A DNA stretch of 64,000 bases from Auanema rhodensis (GCA_964057225.1 OZ059899.1:19220001-19284000); one strand, 5' to 3'. Shown: positions 1-12,320, numbered from the stretch's first letter. The notes: generated from the letters alone by a model not told the origin. Made by a program: numbers and translations.

Positions 1-1
1 C

Positions 2-11
2 TTCACGTGAA
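2..11. other. 10-bp perfect palindrome TTCACGTGAA containing a canonical E-box/G-box CACGTG (representative; monomer positions 2-11 in most copies)
   Basis: The sequence is its own reverse complement. Related cores are TTTACGTGAA at monomer 113-122 and TACACGTG at 146-153. No protein binding is demonstrated. Confidence 0.9.
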
Positions 12-90
12 AGATAAGGAGATGCGGTTTTCAAAATTAGATTCCCCATGTCCATATTAGTCTAAAAACAAATTTTTATTGATATTGGTG

Positions 91-103
91 CATGGTAACC
101 ATG
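91..103. other. Interrupted palindrome CATGGT-A-ACCATG (contains BstEII site GGTNACC); representative, present in most monomers
   Basis: CATGGT and ACCATG are reverse complements around a central A. Confidence 0.9.
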
Positions 104-528
104 ACTTTGAATTTTACGTGAACTTTAATTTATGCTAATCAAACGTACACGTGGTGTGCATTCGGTATGTAACTCGCTTCACGTGAAAGATAAAGAGATG
201 CGGTTTTCAAAATTAGATTCCCCATGTCCATATTAGTCTAAAAACAAATTTTTATTGATATTGGTGCATGGTAACCATGATTTTGAAATTTACGTGAACT
301 TTAATTTATGCTAATTAAACGTACACGTGATGTGCACTTGGTATGTAACTCGCTTCACGTGAAAGATAAAGAGATGCGCTTTTTTAAATTAGATTCCTCA
401 TGTCCATATTAGTCTAAAAACAAATTTTTATTGATATTGGTGCATGGTAACCATGACTTTGAAATTTACGTGAACTTTAATTTATGCTAATTAAACGTAC
501 ACGTGGTGTGCACTCGGTATGTAACTCG

Positions 529-3500
529 CTTCACGTGAAAGATAAAGAGATGCGGTTTTCAAAATTAGATTCCCCATGTCCATATTAGTCTAAAAACAAA
601 TTTTTTTTGATATTGGTGCATGGTAACCATGATTTTGAAATTTACGTGAACTTTAATTTATGCTAATTAAATGTACACGTGATGTGCACTCGGTATGTAA
701 CTCGCTTCACGTGAAAGATAAAAAGATGCGGTTTTCAAAATTAGATTCCCCATGTCCATATTAGTCTAAAAACAAATTTTTTTTGATATTGGTGCATGGT
801 AACCATGACTTTGAATTTTACGTGAACTTTAATTTATGCTAATTAAACGTACACGTGGTGTGCACTCGGTATGTAACTCGCTTCACGTGAAAGATAAAGA
901 GATGCGGTTTTCAAAATTAGATTCCCCATGTCCATATTAGTCTAAAAACAAATTTTTATTGATATTGGTGCATGGTAACCATGACTTTGAAATTTACGTG
1001 AACTTTAATTTATGCTACATAAATGTACACGTGATGTGCACTTGGTATGTAACTCGCTTCACGTGAAAGATAAAAAGATGCGCTTTTTAAAATTAGATTC
1101 CCCATGTCCATATTAGTCTAAAAACAATTTTTTACTGATATTGGTGCATGGTAACCATGACTTTGAAATTTACGTGAACTTTAATTTATGCTAATTAAAC
1201 GTACACGTGGTGTGCACTCGGTATGTAACTCGCTTCACGTGTAAGATAAAGAGATGCGGTTTTCAAAATTAGATTCCCCATGTCCATATTAGTCTGAAAA
1301 CAAATTTTTATTGATATTGGTGCATGGTAACCATGACTTTGAAATTTACGTGAACTTTAATTTATGCTAATTAAACGTACACGTGGTGTGCACTCGGTAT
1401 GTAACTAGCTTCACGTGTAAGATAAAGAGATGCGGTTTTCAAAATTAGATTCCCCATGTCCATATTAGTCTAAAAACAAATTTTTATTGATATTGGTGCA
1501 TGGTAACCATGACTTTGAAATTTACGTGAACTTTAATTTATGCTAATTAAATGTACACGTGGTGTGCACTCGGTATGTAACTCGCTTCACGTGAAAGATA
1601 AAGAGATGCAGTTATCAAAATTAGATTCCCCATGTCCATATTAGTCTAAAAACAAATTTTTATTGATATTGGTGCATGGTAACCATGACTTTGAAATTTA
1701 CGTGAACTTTAATTTATGCTAATTAAACGTACACGTGGTGTGCACTCGGTATGTAACTCGCTTCACGTGAAAGATAAAGAGATGCGGTTCTCAAAATTAG
1801 ATTCCCCATGTCCATATTAGTCTAAAAACAAATTTTTTTTGATATTGGTGTATGGTAACCGTGATTTTGAAATTTACGTGAACTTTAATTTATGCTAATT
1901 AAACGTACACGTGGTGTGCACTCGGTATGTAATTCGCTTCACGTGACAGATAAAGAGATGCGGTTTTCAAAATTAGATTCTTCATGTCCATATTAGTCTA
2001 AAAACAATTTTTTACTGATATTGGTGCATGGTAACCATGATTTTGAAATTTACGTGAACTTTAATTTATGCTAATTAAACGTACACGTGATGTGCACTTG
2101 GTATGTAACTCGCTTCACGTGAAAGATAAAGAGATGCGGTTTTTAAAATTAGATTCCCCATGTCCATATTAGTCTAAAAACAAATTTTTATTGATATTGG
2201 TGCATGGTAACCATGACTTTGAAATTTACGTGAACTTTAATTTATGCTAATTAAACGTACACGTGGTGTGCACTCGGTATGTAACTCGCTTCACGTGAAA
2301 GATAAAGAGATGCGGTTTTCAAAATTAGATTCCCCATGTCCATATTAGTCTAAAAACAAATTTTTATTGATATTGGTGCATGGTAACCATGACTTTGAAA
2401 TTTACGTGAACTTTAATTTATGCTAATTAAACGTACACGTGGTGTGCACTCGGTATGTAACTCGCTTCACGTGAAAGATAAAGAGATGCGGTTTTCAAAA
2501 TTAGATTCCCCATGTCCATATTAGTCTAAAAACAATTTTTTTTTGATATTGGTGCATGGTAACCATGACTTTGAAATTTACGTGAACTTTAATTTATGCT
2601 AATTAAACGTACACGTGGTGTGCACTCGGTATGTAACTCGCTTCACGTGAAAGATAAAGAGATGCGGTTTTCAAAATTAGATTCCCCATGTCCATATTAG
2701 TCTAAAAACAAATTTTTTTTGATATTGGTGCATGGTAACCATGATTTTGAAATTTACGTGAACTTTAATTTATGCTAATTAAATGTACACGTGATGTGCA
2801 CTCGGTATGTAACTCGCTTCACGTGAAAGATAAAAAGATGCGGTTTTCAAAATTAGATTCCCCATGTCCATATTAGTCTAAAAACAAATTTTTTTTGATA
2901 TTGGTGCATGGTAACCATGACTTTGAAATTTACGTGAACTTTAATTTATGCTACATAAATGTACACGTGATATGCACTTGGTATGTAACTCGCTTCACGT
3001 GAAAGATAAAGAGATGCAGTTATCAAAATTAGATTCCCCATGTCCATATTAGTCTAAAAACAAATTTTTATTGATATTGGTGCATGGTAACCATGACTTT
3101 GAAATTTACGTGAACTTTAATTTATGCTAATTAAATGTACACGTGGTGTGCACTCGGTATGTAACTCGCTTCACGTGAAAGATAAAGAGATGCAGTTATC
3201 AAAATTAGATTCCCCATGTCCATATTAGTCTAAAAACAAATTTTTATTGATATTGGTGCATGGTAACCATGACTTTGAAATTTACGTGAACTTTAATTTA
3301 TGCTAATTAAACGTACACGTGATGTGCACTTGGTATGTAACTCGCTTCACGTGAAAGATAAAGAGATGCGGTTTTTAAAATTAGATTCCGCATGTCCATA
3401 TTAGTCTAAAAACAATTTTTTACTGATATTGGTGCATGGTAACCATGATTTTGAAATTTACGTGAACTTTAATTTATGCTAATTAAACGTACACGTGGTG

Positions 3501-6500
3501 TGCACTCGGTATGTAACTCGCTTCACGTGAAAGATAAAGAGATGCGGTTTTCAAAATTAGATTCCCCATGTCCATATTAGTCTAAAAACAAATTTTTATT
3601 GATATTGGTGCATGGTAACCATGACTTTGAAATTTACGTGAACTTTAATTTATGCTAATTAAACGTACACGTGGTGTGCACTCGGTATGTAACTCGCTTC
3701 ACGTGAAAGATAAAGAGATGCGGTTCTCAAAATTAGATTCCCCATGTCCATATTAGTCTAAAAACAAATTTTTTTTGATATTGGTGTATGGTAACCATGA
3801 TTTTGAAATTTACGTGAACTTTAATTTATGCTAATTAAACGTACACGTTGTGTGCACTCGGTATGTAATTCGCTTTACGTGACAGATAAAGAGATGCGGT
3901 TTTCAAAATTAGATTCTTCATGTCCATATTAGTCTAAAAACAATTTTTTACTGATATTGGTGCATGGTAACCATGATTTTGAAATTTACGTGAACTTTAA
4001 TTTATGCTAATTAAACGTACACGTGATGTGCACTTGGTATGTAACTCGCTTCACGTGAAAGATAAAGAGATGCGGTTTTTAAAATTAGATTCCCCATGTC
4101 CATATTAGTCTAAAAACAAATTTTTATTGATATTGGTGCATGGTAACCATGACTTTGAAATTTACGTGAACTTTAATTTATGCTAATTAAACGTACACGT
4201 GGTGTGCACTCGGTATGTAACTCGCTTCACGTGAAAGATAAAGAGATGCGGTTTTCAAAATTAGATTCCCCATGTCCATATTAGTCTAAAAACAAATTTT
4301 TTTTGATATTGGTGCATGGTAACCATGACTTTGAATTTTACGTGAACTTTAATTTATGCTAATTAAACGTACACGTGGTGTGCACTCGGTATGTAACTCG
4401 CTTCACGTGAAAGATAAAGAGATGCGGTTTTCAAAATTAGATTCCCCATGTCCATATTAGTCTAAAAACAAATTTTTTTTGATATTGGTGCATGGTAACC
4501 ATGATTTTGAAATTTACGTGAACTTTAATTTATGCTAATTAAATGTACACGTGATGTGCACTCGGTATGTAACTCGCTTCACGTGAAAGATAAAAAGATG
4601 CGGTTTTCAAAATTAGATTCCCCATGTCCATATTAGTCTAAAAACAAATTTTTTTTGATATTGGTGCATGGTAACCATGACTTTGAATTTTACGTGAACT
4701 TTAATTTATGCTAATTAAACGTACACGTGGTGTGCACTCGGTATGTAACTCGCTTCACGTGAAAGATAAAGAGATGCGGTTTTCAAAATTAGATTCCCCA
4801 TGTCCATATTAGTCTAAAAACAAATTTTTATTGATATTGGTGCATGGTAACCATGACTTTGAAATTTACGTGAACTTTAATTTATGCTACATAAATGTAC
4901 ACGTGATGTGCACTTGGTATGTAACTCGCTTCACGTGAAAGATAAAAAGATGCGCTTTTTAAAATTAGATTCCCCATGTCCATATTAGTCTAAAAACAAT
5001 TTTTTACTGATATTGGTGCATGGTAACCATGACTTTGAAATTTACGTGAACTTTAATTTATGCTAATTAAACGTACACGTGGTGTGCACTCGGTATGTAA
5101 CTCGCTTCACGTGTAAGATAAAGAGATGCGGTTTTCAAAATTAGATTCCCCATGTCCATATTAGTCTGAAAACAAATTTTTATTGATATTGGTGCATGGT
5201 AACCATGACTTTGAAATTTACGTGAACTTTAATTTATGCTAATTAAACGTACACGTGGTGTGCACTCGGTATGTAACTAGCTTCACGTGTAAGATAAAGA
5301 GATGCGGTTTTCAAAATTAGATTCCCCATGTCCATATTAGTCTAAAAACAAATTTTTATTGATATTGGTGCATGGTAACCATGATTTTGAAATTTACGTG
5401 AACTTTAATTTATGCTAATTAAATGTACACGTGGTGTGCACTCGGTATGTAACTCGCTTCACGTGAAAGATAAAGAGATGCAGTTATCAAAATTAGATTC
5501 CCCATGTCCATATTAGTCTAAAAACAAATTTTTATTGATATTGGTGCATGGTAACCATGACTTTGAAATTTACGTGAACTTTATTTTATGCTAATTAAAT
5601 GTACACGTGGTGTGCACTCGGTATGTAACTCGCTTCACGTGAAAGATAAAGAGATGCAGTTATCAAAATTAGATTCCCCATGTCCATATTAGTCTAAAAA
5701 CAAATTTTTATTGATATTGGTGCATGGTAACCATGACTTTGAAATTTACGTGAACTTTAATTTATGCTAATTAAACGTACACGTGGTGTGCACTCGGTAT
5801 GTAACTCGCTTCACGTGAAAGATAAAGAGATGCGGTTCTCAAAATTAGATTCCCCATGTCCATATTAGTCTAAAAACAAATTTTTTTTGATATTGGTGTA
5901 TGGTAACCATGATTTTGAAATTTACGTGAACTTTAATTTATGCTAATTAAACGTACACGTGGTGTGCACTCGGTATGTAATTCGCTTCACGTGACAGATA
6001 AAGAGATGCGGTTTTCAAAATTAGATTCTTCATGTCCATATTAGTCTAAAAACAATTTTTTACTGATATTGGTGCATGGTAACCATGATTTTGAAATTTA
6101 CGTGAACTTTAATTTATGCTAATTAAACGTACACGTGATGTGCACTTGGTATGTAACTCGCTTCACGTGAAAGATAAAGAGATGCGGTTTTTAAAATTAG
6201 ATTCCCCATGTCCATATTAGTCTAAAAACAAATTTTTATTGATATTGGTGCATGGTAACCATGACTTTGAAATTTACGTGAACTTTAATTTATGCTAATT
6301 AAACGTACACGTGGTGTGCACTCGGTATGTAACTCGCTTCACGTGAAAGATAAAGAGATGCGGTTTTCAAAATTAGATTCCCCATGTCCATATTAGTCTA
6401 AAAACAAATTTTTATTGATATTGGTGCATGGTAACCATGACTTTGAAATTTACGTGAACTTTAATTTATGCTAATTAAACGTACACGTGGTGTGCACTCG

Positions 6501-9500
6501 GTATGTAACTCGCTTCACGTGAAAGATAAAGAGATGCGGTTTTCAAAATTAGATTCCCCATGTCCATATTAGTCTAAAAACAATTTTTTTTTGATATTGG
6601 TGCATGGTAACCATGACTTTGAAATTTACGTGAACTTTAATTTATGCTAATTAAACGTACACGTGGTGTGCACTCGGTATGTAACTCGCTTCACGTGAAA
6701 GATAAAGAGATGCGGTTTTCAAAATTAGATTCCCCATGTCCATATTAGTCTAAAAACAAATTTTTTTTGATATTGGTGCATGGTAACCATGATTTTGAAA
6801 TTTACGTGAACTTTAATTTATGCTAATTAAATGTACACGTGATGTGCACTCGGTATGTAACTCGCTTCACGTGAAAGATAAAAAGATGCGGTTTTCAAAA
6901 TTAGATTCCCCATGTCCATATTAGTCTAAAAACAAATTTTTTTTGATATTGGTGCATGGTAACCATGACTTTGAATTTTACGTGAACTTTAATTTATGCT
7001 AATTAAACGTACACGTGGTGTGCACTCGGTATGTAACTCGCTTCACGTGAAAGATAAAGAGATGCGGTTTTCAAAATTAGATTCCCCATGTCCATATTAG
7101 TCTAAAAACAAATTTTTATTGATATTGGTGCATGGTAACCATGACTTTGAAATTTACGTGAACTTTAATTTATGCTACATAAATGTACACGTGATATGCA
7201 CTTGGTATGTAACTCGCTTCACGTGAAAGATAAAGAGATGCAGTTATCAAAATTAGATTCCCCATGTCCATATTAGTCTAAAAACAAATTTTTATTGATA
7301 TTGGTGCATGGTAACCATGACTTTGAAATTTACGTGAACTTTAATTTATGCTAATTAAATGTACACGTGGTGTGCACTCGGTATGTAACTCGCTTCACGT
7401 GAAAGATAAAGAGATGCAGTTATCAAAATTAGATTCCCCATGTCCATATTAGTCTAAAAACAAATTTTTATTGATATTGGTGCATGGTAACCATGACTTT
7501 GAAATTTACGTGAACTTTAATTTATGCTAATTAAACGTACACGTGATGTGCACTTGGTATGTAACTCGCTTCACGTGAAAGATAAAGAGATGCGGTTTTT
7601 AAAATTAGATTCCGCATGTCCATATTAGTCTAAAAACAATTTTTTACTGATATTGGTGCATGGTAACCATGATTTTGAAATTTACGTGAACTTTAATTTA
7701 TGCTAATTAAACGTACACGTGGTGTGCACTCGGTATGTAACTCGCTTCACGTGAAAGATAAAGAGATGCGGTTTTCAAAATTAGATTCCCCATGTCCATA
7801 TTAGTCTAAAAACAAATTTTTATTGATATTGGTGCATGGTAACCATGACTTTGAAATTTACGTGAACTTTAATTTATGCTAATTAAACGTACACGTGGTG
7901 TGCACTCGGTATGTAACTCGCTTCACGTGAAAGATAAAGAGATGCGGTTCTCAAAATTAGATTCCCCATGTCCATATTAGTCTAAAAACAAATTTTTTTT
8001 GATATTGGTGTATGGTAACCATGATTTTGAAATTTACGTGAACTTTAATTTATGCTAATTAAACGTACACGTTGTGTGCACTCGGTATGTAATTCGCTTT
8101 ACGTGACAGATAAAGAGATGCGGTTTTCAAAATTAGATTCTTCATGTCCATATTAGTCTAAAAACAATTTTTTACTGATATTGGTGCATGGTAACCATGA
8201 TTTTGAAATTTACGTGAACTTTAATTTATGCTAATTAAACGTACACGTGATGTGCACTTGGTATGTAACTCGCTTCACGTGAAAGATAAAGAGATGCGGT
8301 TTTTAAAATTAGATTCCCCATGTCCATATTAGTCTAAAAACAAATTTTTATTGATATTGGTGCATGGTAACCATGACTTTGAAATTTACGTGAACTTTAA
8401 TTTATGCTAATTAAACGTACACGTGGTGTGCACTCGGTATGTAACTCGCTTCACGTGAAAGATAAAGAGATGCGGTTTTCAAAATTAGATTCCCCATGTC
8501 CATATTAGTCTAAAAACAAATTTTTTTTGATATTGGTGCATGGTAACCATGACTTTGAATTTTACGTGAACTTTAATTTATGCTAATTAAACGTACACGT
8601 GGTGTGCACTCGGTATGTAACTCGCTTCACGTGAAAGATAAAGAGATGCGGTTTTCAAAATTAGATTCCCCATGTCCATATTAGTCTAAAAACAAATTTT
8701 TTTTGATATTGGTGCATGGTAACCATGATTTTGAAATTTACGTGAACTTTAATTTATGCTAATTAAATGTACACGTGATGTGCACTCGGTATGTAACTCG
8801 CTTCACGTGAAAGATAAAAAGATGCGGTTTTCAAAATTAGATTCCCCATGTCCATATTAGTCTAAAAACAAATTTTTTTTGATATTGGTGCATGGTAACC
8901 ATGACTTTGAATTTTACGTGAACTTTAATTTATGCTAATTAAACGTACACGTGGTGTGCACTCGGTATGTAACTCGCTTCACGTGAAAGATAAAGAGATG
9001 CGGTTTTCAAAATTAGATTCCCCATGTCCATATTAGTCTAAAAACAAATTTTTATTGATATTGGTGCATGGTAACCATGACTTTGAAATTTACGTGAACT
9101 TTAATTTATGCTACATAAATGTACACGTGATGTGCACTTGGTATGTAACTCGCTTCACGTGAAAGATAAAAAGATGCGCTTTTTAAAATTAGATTCCCCA
9201 TGTCCATATTAGTCTAAAAACAATTTTTTACTGATATTGGTGCATGGTAACCATGACTTTGAAATTTACGTGAACTTTAATTTATGCTAATTAAACGTAC
9301 ACGTGGTGTGCACTCGGTATGTAACTAGCTTCACGTGTAAGATAAAGAGATGCGGTTTTCAAAATTAGATTCCCCATGTCCATATTAGTCTGAAAACAAA
9401 TTTTTATTGATATTGGTGCATGGTAACCATGACTTTGAAATTTACGTGAACTTTAATTTATGCTAATTAAACGTACACGTGGTGTGCACTCGGTATGTAA

Positions 9501-9680
9501 CTAGCTTCACGTGTAAGATAAAGTGATGCGGTTTTCAAAATTAGATTCCCCATGTCCATATTAGTCTAAAAACAAATTTTTATTGATATTGGTGCATGGT
9601 AACCATGATTTTGAAATTTACGTGAACTTTAATTTATGCTAATTAAATGTACACGTGATGTGCACTCGGTATGTAACTCG
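529..9680. repeat. 22-24-monomer higher-order repeat (~4.2 kb, about 2.2 copies), itself made of two related ~11-13-mer halves
   Basis: Rare variants recur at exactly 4224 bp (24x176): GTGATATG 2972/7196, TTCCGCATG 3390/7614, CACGTTG 3849/8073. The monomer order from 529 matches that from 4401 and 8625, with single-monomer gains or losses. Confidence 0.88.
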
Positions 9681-12320
9681 CTTCACGTGAAAGATAAAAA
9701 GATGCGGTTTTCAAAATTAGATTCCCCATGTCCATATTAGTCTAAAAACAAATTTTTATTGATATTGGTGCATGGTAACCATGACTTTGAAATTTACGTG
9801 AACTTTAATTTATGCTACATAAATGTACACGTGATGTGCACTTGGTATGTAACTCGCTTCACGTGAAAGATAAAGAGATGCGGTTTTCAAAATTAGATTC
9901 CCCATGTCCATATTAGTCTGAAAACAAATTTTTATTGATATTGGTGCATGGTAACCATGACTTTGAAATTTACGTGAACTTTAATTTATGCTAATTAAAC
10001 GTACACGTGGTGTGCACTCGGTATGTAACTAGCTTCACGTGTAAGATAAAGAGATGCGGTTTTCAAAATTAGATTCCCCATGTCCATATTAGTCTAAAAA
10101 CAAATTTTTATTGATATTGGTGCATGGTAACCATGATTTTGAAATTTACGTGAACTTTAATTTATGCTACATAAATGTACACGTGATGTGCACTTGGTAT
10201 GTAACTCGCTTCACGTGAAAGATAAAGAGATGCGGTTTTCAAAATTAGATTCCCCATGTCCATATTAGTCTGAAAACAAATTTTTATTGATATTGGTGCA
10301 TGGTAACCATGACTTTGAAATTTACGTGAACTTTAATTTATGCTAATTAAACGTACACGTGGTGTGCACTCGGTATGTAACTAGCTTCACGTGTAAGATA
10401 AAGAGATGCGGTTTTCAAAATTAGATTCCCCATGTCCATATTAGTCTGAAAACAAATTTTTATTGATATTGGTGCATGGTAACCATGACTTTGAAATTTA
10501 CGTGAACTTTAATTTATGCTACATAAATGTACACGTGATGTGCACTTGGTATGTAACTCGCTTCACGTGTAAGATAAAGAGATGCGGTTTTCAAAATTAG
10601 ATTCCCCATGTCCATATTAGTCTAAAAACAAATTTTTTTTGATATTGGTGCATGGTAACCATGATTTTGAAATTTACGTGAACTTTAATTTATGCTAATT
10701 AAATGTACACGTGATGTGCACTCGGTATGTAACTCGCTTCACGTGAAAGATAAAAAGATGCGGTTTTCAAAATTAGATTCCCCATGTCCATATTAGTCTA
10801 AAAACAAATTTTTTTTGATATTGGTGCATGGTAACCATGACTTTGAATTTTACGTGAACTTTAATTTATGCTAATTAAACGTACACGTGGTGTGCACTCG
10901 GTATGTAACTCGCTTCACGTGAAAGATAAAGAGATGCGGTTTTCAAAATTAGATTCCCCATGTCCATATTAGTCTAAAAACAAATTTTTATTGATATTGG
11001 TGCATGGTAACCATGACTTTGAAATTTACGTGAACTTTAATTTATGCTACATAAATGTACACGTGATGTGCACTTGGTATGTAACTCGCTTCACGTGAAA
11101 GATAAAAAGATGCGCTTTTTAAAATTAGATTCCCCATGTCCATATTAGTCTAAAAACAAATTTTTATTGATATTGGTGCATGGTAACCATGACTTTGAAA
11201 TTTACGTGAACTTTAATTTATGCTACATAAATGTACACGTGATGTGCACTTGGTATGTAACTCGCTTCACGTGAAAGATAAAGAGATGCGGTTTTCAAAA
11301 TTAGATTCCCCATGTCCATATTAGTCTGAAAACAAATTTTTATTGATATTGGTGCATGGTAACCATGACTTTGAAATTTACGTGAACTTTAATTTATGCT
11401 AATTAAACGTACACGTGGTGGGCACTCGGTATGTAACTAGCTTCACGTGTAAGATAAAGAGATGCGGTTTTCAAAATTAGATTCCCCATGTCCATATTAG
11501 TCTAAAAACAAATTTTTATTGATATTGGTGCATGGTAACCATGATTTTGAAATTTACGTGAACTTTAATTTATGCTAATTAAATGTACACGTGGTGTGCA
11601 CTCGGTATGTAACTCGCTTCACGTGAAAGATAAAGAGATGCAGTTATCAAAATTAGATTCCCCATGTCCATATTAGTCTAAAAACAAATTTTTATTGATA
11701 TTGGTGCATGGTAACCATGACTTTGAAATTTACGTGAACTTTAATTTATGCTAATTAAATGTACACGTGGTGTGCACTCGGTATGTAACTCGCTTCACGT
11801 GAAAGATAAAGAGATGCAGTTATCAAAATTAGATTCCCCATGTCCATATTAGTCTAAAAACAAATTTTTATTGATATTGGTGCATGGTAACCATGACTTT
11901 GAAATTTACGTGAACTTTAATTTATGCTAATTAAATGTACACGTGGTGTGCACTCGGTATGTAACTCGCTTCACGTGAAAGATAAAGAGATGCAGTTATC
12001 AAAATTAGATTCCCCATGTCCATATTAGTCTAAAAACAAATTTTTATTGATATTGGTGCATGGTAACCATGACTTTGAAATTTACGTGAACTTTAATTTA
12101 TGCTAATTAAACGTACACGTGTTGTGCACTCGGTATGTAACTCGCTTCACGTGGAAGATAAAGAGATGCGGTTTTCAAAATTAGATTCTTCATGTCCATA
12201 TTAGTCTAAAAACAATTTTTTACTGATATTGGTGCATGGTAACCATGATTTTGAAATTTACGTGAACTTTAATTTATGCTAATTAAACGTACACGTGATG
12301 TGCACTTGGTATGTAACTCG
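881..12320. repeat. Copy 1 (65 monomers) of an ~11-kb tandem block duplication within the satellite
   Basis: Diagnostic variants recur at +11088 bp (63x176): 2972/14060, 3390/14478, 3849/14937, 5584/16672, 7196/18284, 7614/18702, 8073/19161. Confidence 0.92.

Noticed and set aside
2-11. Budding-yeast CDEI element or point centromere
   Set aside because: CDEI is RTCACRTG, but here a T precedes TCAC on both strands. There is no CDEII/CDEIII arrangement and the context is a long tandem array.
28-143. Strong ~10-bp phased A-tract curvature signal
   Set aside because: A/T tracts are present (28-36, 64-68, 73-77, 106-115, 124-130, 137-143), but by eye they do not keep a consistent 10-11 bp phase across the monomer. 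A curvature calculation would be needed.
1-176. Assignment to alpha satellite, Arabidopsis CEN178 or Brassica CentBr (also 176 bp)
   Set aside because: Only the length is similar. I recognise no sequence similarity, and the consensus has no HindIII site (AAGCTT). A database search is needed for any family name.
1-176. CENP-B box
   Set aside because: No TTCG-N4-A-N2-CGGG pattern on either strand; the consensus contains neither CGGG nor CCCG.
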